64,000 bases of DNA from Cyanobacteria bacterium auto_48_18 (GCA_036170915.1 JAVHQC010000029.1:32001-96000), one strand, 5' to 3'; shown: positions 9,210 to 19,856, counted from the stretch's first letter. Made by a program: numbers and translations. The notes: generated from the letters alone by a model not told the origin.

Positions 9210-11939
9210 TCAGCCTGAGCGCATCATCTCTGAATGTTCGCCCACAGCTTTCAGCTCCACCATTTTCTTCAAAGTAGGATACGTATCAAGCTGCGGATCT
9301 TCTTTCATAATAGCAATAGCGGCATGGCGAGCCTCTTCTAAAATCTTGGCGTCTTTGACCAGGTCGGCCAGCACCAGATCTGGTAAGCCGCTTTGACGAT
9401 AACCAAGAAATTCTCCTGGTCCGCGAATCTCCAGATCTTTTTCTGCCACCACAAATCCGTCGTTAGTAATGGTAAGTATTTCGAGCCGCTCTCTTGTTGC
9501 TTGCGATTTCAGTTCTGATACCAGATAACAATAAGATTGATCAGCGCCGCGACCGACGCGACCGCGCAGCTGGTGCAGCTGAGCGAGACCAAAGCGATCA
9601 GCATTTTCAATCACCATGATTGAGGCATTGGGCACATCAACACCCACTTCAATTACAGTTGTAGAAACTAAAATGTGAAACTCACCAGAGCGAAATTTAT
9701 CCATCACTTCGTCTTTTTCTTGCGATTTGAGTTTGCCGTGCATAAGTCCTAAATTCAAATCTTTAAACTCACCGGTACGCAATTTTTCGTATTCGGCAGT
9801 GGCAGCCTTTGCAGACAGAGTCTCAGATTCATCAATCAAAGGAAAAACAATATATGCCTGGCGACCTTTGGCAATTTCTTCGTGTACTGCCTCCCACATT
9901 TTTGCTTTCTGGGCCGGCTTGAGCAAAAACGTCTTAATCGGTTTACGACCTGGCGGCAACTCGTCGATTTCAGAAACGTCCAGATCGCCGTGCATAGTCA
10001 AAGCCAGTGTGCGCGGAATTGGCGTAGCTGTCATTGTCAGCAGCTCGGGGCTTTGACTCTTGGCTTTCAAACGTGCTCTTTGTTTAACACCGAACCTATG
10101 CTGTTCATCAATCACGATTAAACCAAGATTTTTAAATTCCACATCGTCTTCAAGTAGCGCGTGAGTACCAACAGCAATATGCGCCTGACCTGAAAGTATC
10201 TCTTGCCGCACAGCGCGGCGTTCTTTGACGCCATGTTTACCAAGCACAATGGCGCACTTCAAACCAAGCGGGGTGCAAAGCCTCTGAAACTGCCGGTAGT
10301 GCTGCTCGGCTAAAATCTCAGTTGGTGCCATCATGGCGCCCTGAAAACCATTTTCTATTGCCACCATGAGAGCCAGCAGGGCAACAATCGTTTTGCCCGA
10401 GCCGACATCACCCTGCACCAGTCGATGCATCGGTTTATTAGAAGCCAGGTCACGCGAAATTTCACCAAAGATGCGCTCTTGAGCCCCTGTTAATTTAAAA
10501 GGCAACGAGCCGCGTAACTGTTCCACATATCCATCAGCGGAAGGCACATACTTTATTGAAAGAGCATCTTCTTGCAGTTCATACTGATAGCGGCGGTGAG
10601 CCATTTGCAGCTGAATGGCAAAAAGTTCGTCGAAAACCAATCGACGTCTGGCTTCGTCTTTTTTCTCAGGATCTTGAGGAAAGTGAATGTGCTGAAAAGC
10701 TTCGCTCATGCCAATCAAATTATTGGCGGATTTCAACTGGTCAGGCAAAAGATCTTCAATACTTGAGCCATAAGTTGAAATGGCGTTGTGAATGACACTG
10801 CGCAAATGACGCAGAGACAGGCCTTCAGTCAAAGCGTAAACAGGCACCAGGCGACCAGCATGAATGCTTTGCGGCACACCTTCGAATCCGGCTGCTTTGT
10901 CATCTTCTTGATAGACGCTACCTAATTGATCCCCACCAGCCAGGCTGAGAATTTCTACCTCGGCATTCTTAAGTTTAAATTTGTGCGAATAATCATCGAC
11001 TTCTACCACACCAGAAGCCAGCACCTGAGAGCCTTTAGGAAATTGGCCTTTTAATCTCTCCAACAAAAATTTATTGCCTTTACCGCCGACAAATCTAGTC
11101 ACCAGCAAACTTCCGGTGCCGTCAGATATGACCACATTTAAAATCGACATATTGCCGCGCTTGGCCTGATAAGCGCCTACAGAGCGGATTGTGCCAAAAA
11201 TGCTTACCTCTTCGCCTACTTTCAAATCTTTGATGAACTCACGATTTTGAAAATCGAGATGGCGCCGCGGGTAGTGGCGCAGTAATTGGTCGACTGTAGT
11301 GATGCCGAGATTGTTTAAAAGTTGAGCCAGTTTAGGGCCCACGCCTTTGACAAACTGCACTGGTATTTCGGCCAGGGGCTTACCCACATATTTGACGTCA
11401 TTGCTATTAGCTTTTGCCGAAGAAGAAGAAGAAGAAGAAGAAGAACTTGAAGAAGAACTTGATGATGAACTTGCAGAAGATGGTGGGCGTGAAGAAACCG
11501 ATGAAGGATTTTTCTTTGCTGACGGTGCACTATTTTTTACAGCCGCACTCTCCCGCGATTTATATGAACCGGACGGATCTGTGCCTGGCCCACGCGAAAA
11601 GCTCTGGGGCTCGTGCTCTGTTGGTACAGGTTCGGCATTGGGATTTTCTAAGGTGTGCCAGTGTGGCGCCATCAGCTCTTCGGCCCTGCGCACAATGGAA
11701 ATTCGCGTGGCTACATCAACATTGGGATATTGCCTGAATAAAGACCGCACCGTAATCCAGATGGTGTCATAAGGATAGCGGCGCACCAGGCGGTCGGCAG
11801 TGGCACGCATGAATTGTGAAAAGGTGGAACGCTTGCCCTGAAAATCAGAATAATGAGCCTTGCGTTCTACGGCAATGGCTAAACGGAGCCCTTTGAGCTC
11901 AGCTTCTTTCGTGGGTCTGGTTCCGACTATGTTGGCCAT
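9210..11939 (-). CDS. recG: ATP-dependent DNA helicase RecG
   Basis: KGVGP, HYPR, RLVQGDVGSGKT, MAPTEILAEQH, IDEQHRFGV, MTATPIPRTL, QLHQLRGRVGRG and DLEIRGPGE motifs. Confidence 0.97.
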   Translation of the reverse strand: MANIVGTRPTKEAELKGLRLAIAVERKAHYSDFQGKRSTFSQFMRATADRLVRRYPYDTIWITVRSLFRQYPNVDVATRISIVRRAEELMAPHWHTLENPNAEPVPTEHEPQSFSRGPGTDPSGSYKSRESAAVKNSAPSAKKNPSSVSSRPPSSASSSSSSSSSSSSSSSSSSAKANSNDVKYVGKPLAEIPVQFVKGVGPKLAQLLNNLGITTVDQLLRHYPRRHLDFQNREFIKDLKVGEEVSIFGTIRSVGAYQAKRGNMSILNVVISDGTGSLLVTRFVGGKGNKFLLERLKGQFPKGSQVLASGVVEVDDYSHKFKLKNAEVEILSLAGGDQLGSVYQEDDKAAGFEGVPQSIHAGRLVPVYALTEGLSLRHLRSVIHNAISTYGSSIEDLLPDQLKSANNLIGMSEAFQHIHFPQDPEKKDEARRRLVFDELFAIQLQMAHRRYQYELQEDALSIKYVPSADGYVEQLRGSLPFKLTGAQERIFGEISRDLASNKPMHRLVQGDVGSGKTIVALLALMVAIENGFQGAMMAPTEILAEQHYRQFQRLCTPLGLKCAIVLGKHGVKERRAVRQEILSGQAHIAVGTHALLEDDVEFKNLGLIVIDEQHRFGVKQRARLKAKSQSPELLTMTATPIPRTLALTMHGDLDVSEIDELPPGRKPIKTFLLKPAQKAKMWEAVHEEIAKGRQAYIVFPLIDESETLSAKAATAEYEKLRTGEFKDLNLGLMHGKLKSQEKDEVMDKFRSGEFHILVSTTVIEVGVDVPNASIMVIENADRFGLAQLHQLRGRVGRGADQSYCYLVSELKSQATRERLEILTITNDGFVVAEKDLEIRGPGEFLGYRQSGLPDLVLADLVKDAKILEEARHAAIAIMKEDPQLDTYPTLKKMVELKAVGEHSEMMRSG
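11418..11471 (-). repeat. In-frame poly-Ser tract (18 Ser) in the RecG linker, including (GAA)9 on the + strand
   Basis: Read directly from the sequence. Confidence 0.9.
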
Positions 11940-11971
11940 AAAGACTCACGCTTTACGTGCGCACTAAAAGT

Positions 11972-12550
11972 TTATTGCAGGCGATTGAGAATCAATTTAG
12001 ATATGGCTTTAAGAGTAGCAAAAACGCCAAGACCTTCAGAAGCAACCGCTTCGAAACTAGGTACGCCGCGAATATTCATATCTTTTTCAAGACGCTCAAT
12101 AGGCATGGCGTTGGCCAAGTCGCGCTTGTTGTATTGCAAAACCCATGGAATAGAGTCAAGTGTAAGCCCGTACTCAGCCAGGTTTTCCACCATGTTTTGC
12201 AGTGATTCCACATTGTCTTTGGCGCGCATGACATCTGAGTCACCGACAAAAATAATGCCGTCCACGCCGTTCAAAATCAATTTACGGCTGGCGTTGTACT
12301 CAACTTGACCAGGAACCGTATATAGAGAAAAGCGGGTTTTGAAACCTTGCACGCTGCCTAAGTCGAGTGGCAAGAAGTCAAAGAAAAGTGTTCTTTCAGT
12401 TTCGGTGGCGAGACTGATCAATTCGCCTCTGGTAGTTGGGGCCAGTTGGCTGTGGATATACTTCAAGTTCGTTGTCTTGCCACCAAGGCCGGTGCCGTAA
12501 TAAACGATTTTGCAGTTTATCTCTCGAGCCGCGTAGTTTACGAGTGCCAT
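11972..12550 (-). CDS. mglA: MglA-family small GTPase
   Basis: [41 protein letters not shown] and [10 protein letters not shown] 12550 follows a purine-rich RBS. Confidence 0.93.
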   Translation of the reverse strand: MALVNYAAREINCKIVYYGTGLGGKTTNLKYIHSQLAPTTRGELISLATETERTLFFDFLPLDLGSVQGFKTRFSLYTVPGQVEYNASRKLILNGVDGIIFVGDSDVMRAKDNVESLQNMVENLAEYGLTLDSIPWVLQYNKRDLANAMPIERLEKDMNIRGVPSFEAVASEGLGVFATLKAISKLILNRLQ

Positions 12551-13093
12551 TACCTGTTCCCTGCTTCCCCTTGCCGTGATCTTCAATAGAGTCTTTTATA
12601 GAGCTCTTGGCTCTCTCATACCCATCAGTCGCTCGTTTTCAAGCGGCCGGGGCCAACACTGGATTGATACCACGAATTACAAGTCACTAGAATACTAAAT
12701 TAGTGTCTAAAAGTACCCTAAATCAGTCAACTAAACCAATCTTGTAAACCAGCTTCTCTGTAGTACTAACGAAGGTTGATCATCGAAAAAATATTCACCA
12801 GACCAACTTGGCAACCACTGTCAACCGTCTGATAACGCTGCAATACAGCGCTCTCACAGTTAGCCTATCACGATTTTTGGTGCAGGTTGAATACTGCAGG
12901 AATATCTATAACGGAATGTTCCCTTTCATCCTGATCTATTACAAACTTAGCAATTGCCGCTTGAGCATATATATACCGTGGTACAGGTGCTACAATTCGA
13001 CCTTTGCTTGTGTCACTGATTGGGTTTACTGCGCTCCAGCTAGTCAGCGGCGAACCTTTGTATTTGGTGACTGATTTCAACGGGAATATTTTT

Positions 13094-13297
13094 ATGGCTA
13101 AGCGTTGTGATGTTTGCGACAAAGGACCACAGAGCGGTGTTCAATACACCTTCTTGCGTTCGCACTATAACCCGCACGGTAAGAGACGTTGGTTGCCCAA
13201 TCTGCAACCTTTTAAAGCTCTGGTAGGCAAGACCGTTAAGCGCATGAAAGTGTGCACATCTTGCATCAAGGCCGGTAAAGTTAAGCGCGCTGTTTAA
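13094..13297 (+). CDS. rpmB: 50S ribosomal protein L28
   Basis: MAKRCDVCDKGP...KRRWLPNLQ...KVCTSCIKAGKV. Confidence 0.92.
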   Translation: MAKRCDVCDKGPQSGVQYTFLRSHYNPHGKRRWLPNLQPFKALVGKTVKRMKVCTSCIKAGKVKRAV

Positions 13298-13356
13298 CTT
13301 CCCGTACTTTTCTATCCAGATATCTCAAGCCTTTTTGCTAGCTTCCATTGAGGGAG

Positions 13357-14232
13357 CTAGCTTTCTTTTGCCAGATCTAGAAGTCCTTCTTTTTCCACCA
13401 GATATAGTTCATTGCAGAACTGGCAGCGCCCTTCCGCTTGCCCGTCTTCTTCAGCCATAGAAATTATTTCGCTGCTGGGCAAGACTTTAAGCGCTTCCAC
13501 GAACCTCTCGCGCGAACATTTGCAGGCGAATGAGAGCGGCTTCACATCGGTCAGGGGAGTAATCTCAAAACCGGCCAGAATGCGCTGCAAAATTTGCTCT
13601 AAGGTCATGCCGCGCTTCATCAAAAATGTAAAAGTGCCAAAAGTGGAGATGTTGTTCTCAATCTGGCAAATAGTTTCTTCCGTATGGTCTGGCAACAATT
13701 GAATTATCAGACCGCCGGCAGCTTCCACACCATTTTTGCTTAAATGAGTGCCAATCACCACCAGCGAACCGGCCTGATCTGAATTAACCAGAAAACGATT
13801 AACGTCTTCGCCCACTTCGCCTGACAAAAGTTCAACTGTTGATGTGTGCGGCTGGCCAAAACCCGGATCGACAGTGACGTGCAGATAGCCCGTAGACCCG
13901 ATTGCCGAACCGACATCGAAATTACCAAGAGAATTCAAAGGCAATTCGACATTGGGATTCTCCACGAATCCGCGCACGGTGCCGCGAGGAGAGGCGTCGA
14001 CCATCACTTTTCCCAGGGGCCCATTGCCTTGAAACTTAAGCGCCACCTGCCCTTCTCTGGCCAAAATTGGTGCCAGCAGCACCCCGGCGGTGAGGGCCCG
14101 GCCGAGCGCCGCAGCGGCGGTGAAAGATAAGCTATGCCTGCGTCTGGCGTCTTCTACCAGATAGGTGGTAGTGGCAATCACGGCACGCAAGGTACCATCG
14201 GAAGATATTGCCTTTAGTACTCCGTCTTCCAT
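13357..14232 (-). CDS. hslO: Hsp33 redox-regulated chaperone
   Basis: ALGRALT, GNGPLG, AAGGLIIQLLP, and the C-terminal CKC...CQFC zinc motif. Confidence 0.95.
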   Translation of the reverse strand: MEDGVLKAISSDGTLRAVIATTTYLVEDARRRHSLSFTAAAALGRALTAGVLLAPILAREGQVALKFQGNGPLGKVMVDASPRGTVRGFVENPNVELPLNSLGNFDVGSAIGSTGYLHVTVDPGFGQPHTSTVELLSGEVGEDVNRFLVNSDQAGSLVVIGTHLSKNGVEAAGGLIIQLLPDHTEETICQIENNISTFGTFTFLMKRGMTLEQILQRILAGFEITPLTDVKPLSFACKCSRERFVEALKVLPSSEIISMAEEDGQAEGRCQFCNELYLVEKEGLLDLAKES

Positions 14233-14282
14233 CGTGCTCTCGTAAATACAGTCTAGTTGCCACTATTAGCATATTACAAAAA

Positions 14283-15227
14283 TTAAATGGTTTTGTCACC
14301 AGCGCGGGCGGTAAACACTCTATCAATACCGGCAAGATCTGGCAGCAGTCGCAGGTCTTGCCAGCCGGCTTGCTCAAAAATGTCACTCACGGCTTTGCCC
14401 TGACCCTGGCCAAGCTCCACCAGCAGTGCGGCCTTAGCTGTGGCCGGCAGACTCGGCAAAATTCGCGCAAACTGCCGATAGAAACCGAGCCCGTCCACTC
14501 CCTGCCCCACCAGTGCCAGTGCCGGTTCATGCAACAAGATTTCAGGAGCGAGCTCCCGGGCAAGATCAACAGGTATATAAGGTGGATTGGAGCAAAATAG
14601 ATCAAATTGGAATTGCCCTGTCAGTTTAGGCAGACCGGTCAGATAATCTTCTTCAATTATATTGAGACGATCGTAGACACCGTGGCAGAGTGCATTGATG
14701 CGGCAAAAGTGAGCGGCCTGAGGAGAAATTTCAAAAACGCTGGCGATCATATTAGGACAAAGTTTGAGCAGACTGATGACAATGGCGCCTGAGCCGGCAC
14801 CTACTTCAATCAAATTGCAGCGTTCTTTCAAGCCAGGTGTCTGATTAATTTCAGCCAGTATTGCTTCCACCATAATCTCTGTGTCAGGCCGGGGAATTAG
14901 AACGCCGGGGCCCACGGCAAATTTAAATCCCATAAAGTAAGTTTCGCCCAGGGCATACTGCAACGGTATGCGCGAAAGCCTTTGACTTAAAATCTGAGCG
15001 ATGGCCTCAGACTGCTCAGGCAGCAGATGGGTGTCAGCTTTTAGCAAAAGCTCATGGGCAGCCGATTTAGTCACATGCATCAAAGCGATTTCGGCTTCAC
15101 GACGCGCTTCGTTCTCTTCAATTCCTAGGGCTAGAAGAGCCTTACTAAAATTCCGTCGCGCTTCGCTATAAGTGTCTGGCACATCACCATTGGCACTAAA
15201 GTCTTGATCGGCATTTCGATCTGCCAT
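14283..15227 (-). CDS. prmC: Release-factor glutamine methyltransferase
   Basis: PLQY, VLIPRPDTE, GAGSG, SNPPY and DLAGIDR. Lies directly downstream of prfA. Confidence 0.95.
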   Translation of the reverse strand: MADRNADQDFSANGDVPDTYSEARRNFSKALLALGIEENEARREAEIALMHVTKSAAHELLLKADTHLLPEQSEAIAQILSQRLSRIPLQYALGETYFMGFKFAVGPGVLIPRPDTEIMVEAILAEINQTPGLKERCNLIEVGAGSGAIVISLLKLCPNMIASVFEISPQAAHFCRINALCHGVYDRLNIIEEDYLTGLPKLTGQFQFDLFCSNPPYIPVDLARELAPEILLHEPALALVGQGVDGLGFYRQFARILPSLPATAKAALLVELGQGQGKAVSDIFEQAGWQDLRLLPDLAGIDRVFTARAGDKTI

Positions 15228-15235
15228 CGCGAGGC

Positions 15236-16327
15236 CTAATTTAGTTCGTCATCGCGCAATTGTTCGCGCATCAACTCTTGCTGATGGGCCAAAATGCTGG
15301 CCTCAATTAACTTGTCGAGATCGCCTTCCAGCACCGGTTGCAGTGAGAAGTTTTGATTTAAACGATGATCGGTAACGCGGTTGTCTTTGAAATTATAAGT
15401 GCGAATTTTCTCGGACCGTTCGCCGGTTCCTACTTGCGATTTGCGCTCATCGTAGATGGCTTTATTTTGCTCTTCCAATTTTATTTTATAGAGCTTGGCA
15501 CGCAAAATTTGTTTGCCACGTTCTTTGTTTTGCAACTGACTGCGCTCTTCTGAACATGCCACAAATATGCCTGAGGGCTTGTGCACAATGCGCACAGCTG
15601 TCTCTACTTTGTTGACGTTCTGGCCGCCGGCACCACCTGATCGCATGGTGGTAATTTCAAGATCGCGCTCATCAAGCTCAAATTCAACTTCTTCTACTTC
15701 TGCCATCACAGCCACGGTGGCTGTAGATGTATGCACGCGGCCCTGAGCCTCAGTGGCAGGCACACGCTGAACGCGGTGCACTCCAGATTCAAATTTAAAT
15801 TTGCTGTAGGCACCATCACCTTTAAATGCAACGATTACTTCTTTGTATCCGCCTAATTCGCCTTCACTGGCACTGGCAATCTCAGGCTTGAAGCCAACTT
15901 TGTCGGCATACTTCAAATACATGCGCAACAAATCGCCGGCAAAAATCGAAGCCTCGTCACCACCAGTACCGGCACGAATTTCCAGCATGATGTTTTTATC
16001 GTCGTTAGGATCTTTAGGCAGCAGCAAAAATTTGAGTTCTTCGGTGAGCTCTAGATGCCTGGCTTTAAGCGCTTCTACTTCAGCTTCCACCATTTCGCGC
16101 ATATCTTTTTCAGATTCATTGCGCAAAATTTCTTGAGCTTCATTTATCTCTTGCTCAGTGTTTTGCCACTGATGAAAAACATCAACGGTACCTTGCAGCT
16201 GGTGCCGCAATTTGGCTAGACGCTGATAATTTTCCTGATCGCTGACAATATCAGGATCAGACAGCTTCGATTCCAGCTCCTTGAAGGTGAACTCAATCTC
16301 TTTGAGTTTTTCGACGAAATGCTCCAT
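15236..16327 (-). CDS. prfA: Peptide chain release factor 1
   Basis: [21 protein letters not shown] (PxT motif), GGQNVNK and [10 protein letters not shown]. Confidence 0.98.
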   Translation of the reverse strand: MEHFVEKLKEIEFTFKELESKLSDPDIVSDQENYQRLAKLRHQLQGTVDVFHQWQNTEQEINEAQEILRNESEKDMREMVEAEVEALKARHLELTEELKFLLLPKDPNDDKNIMLEIRAGTGGDEASIFAGDLLRMYLKYADKVGFKPEIASASEGELGGYKEVIVAFKGDGAYSKFKFESGVHRVQRVPATEAQGRVHTSTATVAVMAEVEEVEFELDERDLEITTMRSGGAGGQNVNKVETAVRIVHKPSGIFVACSEERSQLQNKERGKQILRAKLYKIKLEEQNKAIYDERKSQVGTGERSEKIRTYNFKDNRVTDHRLNQNFSLQPVLEGDLDKLIEASILAHQQELMREQLRDDELN

Positions 16328-16392
16328 AGCAACACACCTTGAGCGTGGGACCTGAATGAGAAAGTCTCATTTTTACAGCTGATTTTTAAAAT

Positions 16393-16479
16393 CGGAGAGG
16401 GAGGGATTCGAACCCTCGCTGCGTTTTAGCGCAGACAGTCTTTCCAGGACTGCACAATCGACCACTCTGACACCTCTCC
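16393..16479 (-). tRNA. tRNA-Ser(GGA)
   Basis: Acceptor stem GGAGAGG...CCTCTCC-G, anticodon arm CAGTC-CTGGAAA-GACTG, long variable arm and GGTTCGAATCC T-arm. CCA is not encoded. Confidence 0.96.
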
Positions 16480-16576
16480 AAATGGCCGTGGAAATTATAA
16501 TACGGCCGGGTTTCCATGACCCGACTTCCAGGCGCATTTGTGCCTATCTCTAAGAACTCTTAACTAATCAAGGCTT

Positions 16577-17416
16577 TTAAGCGTGTGAAAAACTCTTCAG
16601 GCGCTTCGCGCCGCCTTTGATGAGCGGCAAGAAATCTTCGGCTTTCAAGCTGGCACCGCCAACTAAAGCGCCATCAATGTGCTCTTGCTGCATTTGCTCG
16701 TCTATTGTAGAAGCCTTAACCGAGCCACCATAAAGAATAGAGACACTGCCAGCGATATTGCTGCCGCTATAGAGCTCTTCGATTATGCCGCGAATCAGCC
16801 CACAGACTCGGTTTGCTTCAGGAGACTCACAATTTTTACCTGTACCGATGGCCCAGACCGGCTCATAAGCAATCACAACTTTGGCGCCGCCTGCTTGTGC
16901 AATTTGCTCAGCGGTTATTCCGGCCAGGCCGGCCACAACTTGCTGGCGGACAACATCGTCTGTCTGTCCGCTCTCTCTCTGCTCAAGCAACTCGCCCACA
17001 CACATCACTGGCACAAGACCATGAGCTAGAGCGGCTTTTACTTTCAGATTAACAGACTCGTTGGTTTCGCCGAAAAACTGACGACGCTCAGAGTGGCCAA
17101 TCAACACATATTGCACATGCATAGCGGTCAGCATAGGTGGCGCAATTTCGCCTGTGAACGCGCCGCTATCGCGGTAGTCCATGTTTTGCGCGCCGACTTT
17201 GCAAGGCGATCCTTTAACTTGGTTTAACACCTCAGCAAGGCAAACGAAAGTCGGGCAAAGCACTATTTCAGGAAGAGCTTCGCCCTTAGGTTCTGCGGCT
17301 AACCCCTCGACAATTGACCTTGCCAGTGCGCCTGCTTCGGAGACCGTTTTGTTCATCTTCCAATTGCCGGCAATAATTGTTTTGCGCTTGGCGTCGCTTG
17401 TTTGATCGTTACCCAC
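16577..17416 (-). CDS. tpiA: Triosephosphate isomerase
   Basis: AGNWKMN, GHSERR, AYEPVWAIGTG, YGGSV and LVGGASL. Start taken at GTG 17416 after GGGAGA. Confidence 0.97.
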   Translation of the reverse strand: MGNDQTSDAKRKTIIAGNWKMNKTVSEAGALARSIVEGLAAEPKGEALPEIVLCPTFVCLAEVLNQVKGSPCKVGAQNMDYRDSGAFTGEIAPPMLTAMHVQYVLIGHSERRQFFGETNESVNLKVKAALAHGLVPVMCVGELLEQRESGQTDDVVRQQVVAGLAGITAEQIAQAGGAKVVIAYEPVWAIGTGKNCESPEANRVCGLIRGIIEELYSGSNIAGSVSILYGGSVKASTIDEQMQQEHIDGALVGGASLKAEDFLPLIKGGAKRLKSFSHA

Positions 17417-17540
17417 GTGCTTTTCTCCCTCGACGCCCAATGCAGTGATTGAATTGGTTCATTAGAAACTGATGATTCATTCTACAACTCAATCAACTAG
17501 AATCAGTTATTAGTCTAGACATACAAATTAAAGGCGCAAA

Positions 17541-18527
17541 ATGTCCGATCTTCTTTCTCAAGAAAACAAAAGTGACCCCACGGCCTCAATTGTCGCTCTG
17601 ACTAAAGAAGCCAAGCGCCTGGCATTAATCAGTTCTCGCGGTGCTCGCGAAGAAGGTGAAGGCTATGAGGAAAAACCACTGCGGTTGCCCGAATGGGTCA
17701 AACGCTCAGTGCTCAACACCGAAGAAAATCGCCAGACCAGACTGATTCTTAAAGAACAGAAATTAAATACAATTTGCGAGAGCGGCCGCTGTCCTAATAA
17801 AGGCGAATGCTGGAGCAAAGGTACAGCTACATTTATGTTGATGGGCGCGCTATGCACTCGTACTTGTCGCTTCTGCGCAGTAAACAAAGGTCTACCTGAA
17901 GCTCTAGATGAGGGCGAACCAGCTCGCATTGCCGAAGCCGCTAAACAAATGAACCTGCGTCATGTGGTCTTGACCTCAGTCAACCGTGATGATTTACCAG
18001 ATCAAGGTGCTAACCATTTTGCTCGCACCATTACTGCCATCAAAGGTGCCATCGAAGGGGTGGCCGTAGAAGTGCTTACGCCTGATTTTCAGGGGCGCCG
18101 CGAGTGTTTAGAAATTGTGCTGGCCGCGCAACCGGTTGTCTACAATCACAATACCGAAACCGTTCCAAGGCTCTACAAGACCATGAGACCAGGGTCAAAA
18201 TATGATCGCTCCATGATGGTCTTGCAGATGGCTAAAGAAATCGCACCAGAAATTCCTACCAAATCTGGCTTGATGCTTGGCTGTGGCGAAAGTTTTGATG
18301 AAGTCAAAGCAGTGCTGCGAGACCTGCGCGCAGTTGGTTGTGATTTTCTTACCCTCGGACAATATCTAAGACCAACTCGCGATCAACTGCCGGTGAAGCG
18401 CTACGTTGAACCGGCTGAATTTGACGAACTCGGTGAGTACGCCTGGAGCATCGGCTTCAAGATGGTGCACTCGGGACCCCTGGTACGCAGCTCCTATCAC
18501 GCAGAAGAGTTAGCCAACCAGCTTTGA
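17541..18527 (+). CDS. lipA: Lipoyl synthase
   Basis: CESGRCPNKGEC (CX4CX5C), CTRTCRFC (radical SAM motif) and terminal RSSY. Confidence 0.97.
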   Translation: MSDLLSQENKSDPTASIVALTKEAKRLALISSRGAREEGEGYEEKPLRLPEWVKRSVLNTEENRQTRLILKEQKLNTICESGRCPNKGECWSKGTATFMLMGALCTRTCRFCAVNKGLPEALDEGEPARIAEAAKQMNLRHVVLTSVNRDDLPDQGANHFARTITAIKGAIEGVAVEVLTPDFQGRRECLEIVLAAQPVVYNHNTETVPRLYKTMRPGSKYDRSMMVLQMAKEIAPEIPTKSGLMLGCGESFDEVKAVLRDLRAVGCDFLTLGQYLRPTRDQLPVKRYVEPAEFDELGEYAWSIGFKMVHSGPLVRSSYHAEELANQL

Positions 18528-19855
18528 TTTACAACTATCTATATGGTTCTTTTGCTAACGGGGGCCGGGCGTTGAGCGACGAAAATATGAGCTTCGCCCC
18601 ACCTGGTGCTCCAGAAGATAATTCGGAGCTCGGACAAGCGCGCAAACTTTTTGACCAAGGTTTGCTTGAGCAATGCCGCACTAAAGTTGCTAAATACTGG
18701 CTTGAAAATACTTATGATCGAGAGGCAGTGCAGCTTTTTGCAGAACTGGTGCGCGAACTGGGGCGAGAAGAAATTGCCACCAAGTTAGATAATTTTGCCA
18801 ACAAACTAGACGGCTCGGTGGCACCATATAAAAATCATCAAGAAATTTTTGAAGCAGGGTACGCTCTGGTGGAAATTTGTCAGCACGAGCTGGCGGCGAT
18901 GTTGCTCAAAGAACTGCACCGAGAGCTGCCTGACGACCCCCTGGTCAACTATGAATTAGGCTTTTCTTTGATGTCGCTCAAGCGTTTTAAAGACGCGCGC
19001 AAATATTTTGCTCAGGCTGCAAATTCAAAAGACGATTTTGACGCCTTGCTTAACTTGTGTGTTTGCGAAACTCTCGAGCGCAATTGCGAAGGCGCCAGGC
19101 GACTGATTAATGAGATGAGCAGCCTGGCTAACAGCGACGAAGAAAAAACAGAATTGGTGCATCGCAAGCTGGTTCTGGCCAGACTGGAAAGTCTAGACGG
19201 CAAAAGGCAGCTGAACAATCGCGACTGGTTGTACGCTCTCTATGGCACCATTCTTTTGCGGCCTGACGTTAAGCCTCAAGAATTAAAAGATGACATTACT
19301 CAGATTGCTTCAATGCTGGTTATTTTGCGGGGTTTGCTAGCGGGATTATCAATCGAAACTGAAGCAGTTGAATATTATTCGCTGCGTTCACGGCCCATAA
19401 CCAATGCGCTCAGTCAGTTGATGGAAGTGACTTATGATGCCTATCGGGGCCCGCACCGGCCAGACCAAGTGATGCTTTTGATGTGCTGGACCACAGACAT
19501 TTTAGGGCCTCACGGTGCATTTATTGAAAACAATTTGAAGCGTAGCTTGTTTGCTTATGGTTTAAGCCCCGTGGAGCCACTACCACTGGTGCCAGATATT
19601 ATTGGTTGCCTGGCTCACGACATTATCATGCCGTGGGAAGGTGCTGATCAATCGAATAAAGACGTCAACGCACTGACTGAGCAGATTTACACCAGAGCTT
19701 GTGATCTGGAATCAGACCCGAGTCTGCTGCGCGAGACACAGGAAGCAGTTGAATATTATGTGGGCAAAAGAAGGCTACTGGTTTTAGGAAATCCTGAAGC
19801 ATTTCCTAACAGGCCAGAATACACTGCCGAATTGCCGAATATAGAGCAGCCGTAA
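18524..19855 (+). CDS. Hypothetical TPR-containing protein
   Basis: Overlaps the lipA stop. TPR-like helices (VNYELGFSLMSLKRFKDARKYF) are followed by an alpha/beta domain. The start codon is uncertain. Confidence 0.75.
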   Translation: MIYNYLYGSFANGGRALSDENMSFAPPGAPEDNSELGQARKLFDQGLLEQCRTKVAKYWLENTYDREAVQLFAELVRELGREEIATKLDNFANKLDGSVAPYKNHQEIFEAGYALVEICQHELAAMLLKELHRELPDDPLVNYELGFSLMSLKRFKDARKYFAQAANSKDDFDALLNLCVCETLERNCEGARRLINEMSSLANSDEEKTELVHRKLVLARLESLDGKRQLNNRDWLYALYGTILLRPDVKPQELKDDITQIASMLVILRGLLAGLSIETEAVEYYSLRSRPITNALSQLMEVTYDAYRGPHRPDQVMLLMCWTTDILGPHGAFIENNLKRSLFAYGLSPVEPLPLVPDIIGCLAHDIIMPWEGADQSNKDVNALTEQIYTRACDLESDPSLLRETQEAVEYYVGKRRLLVLGNPEAFPNRPEYTAELPNIEQP

Positions 19856-19856
19856 A

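Noticed and set aside
11347..11772. Poly-Glu and poly-Lys ORFs on the + strand (11347-11772, 11414-11737)
   Set aside because: They are antisense shadows of the RecG poly-Ser (GAA)n tract.
12808..13122. Short ORFs in the mglA-rpmB gap as a possible mglB
   Set aside because: None shows roadblock/LC7 features or a credible start, and one overlaps rpmB in antisense.
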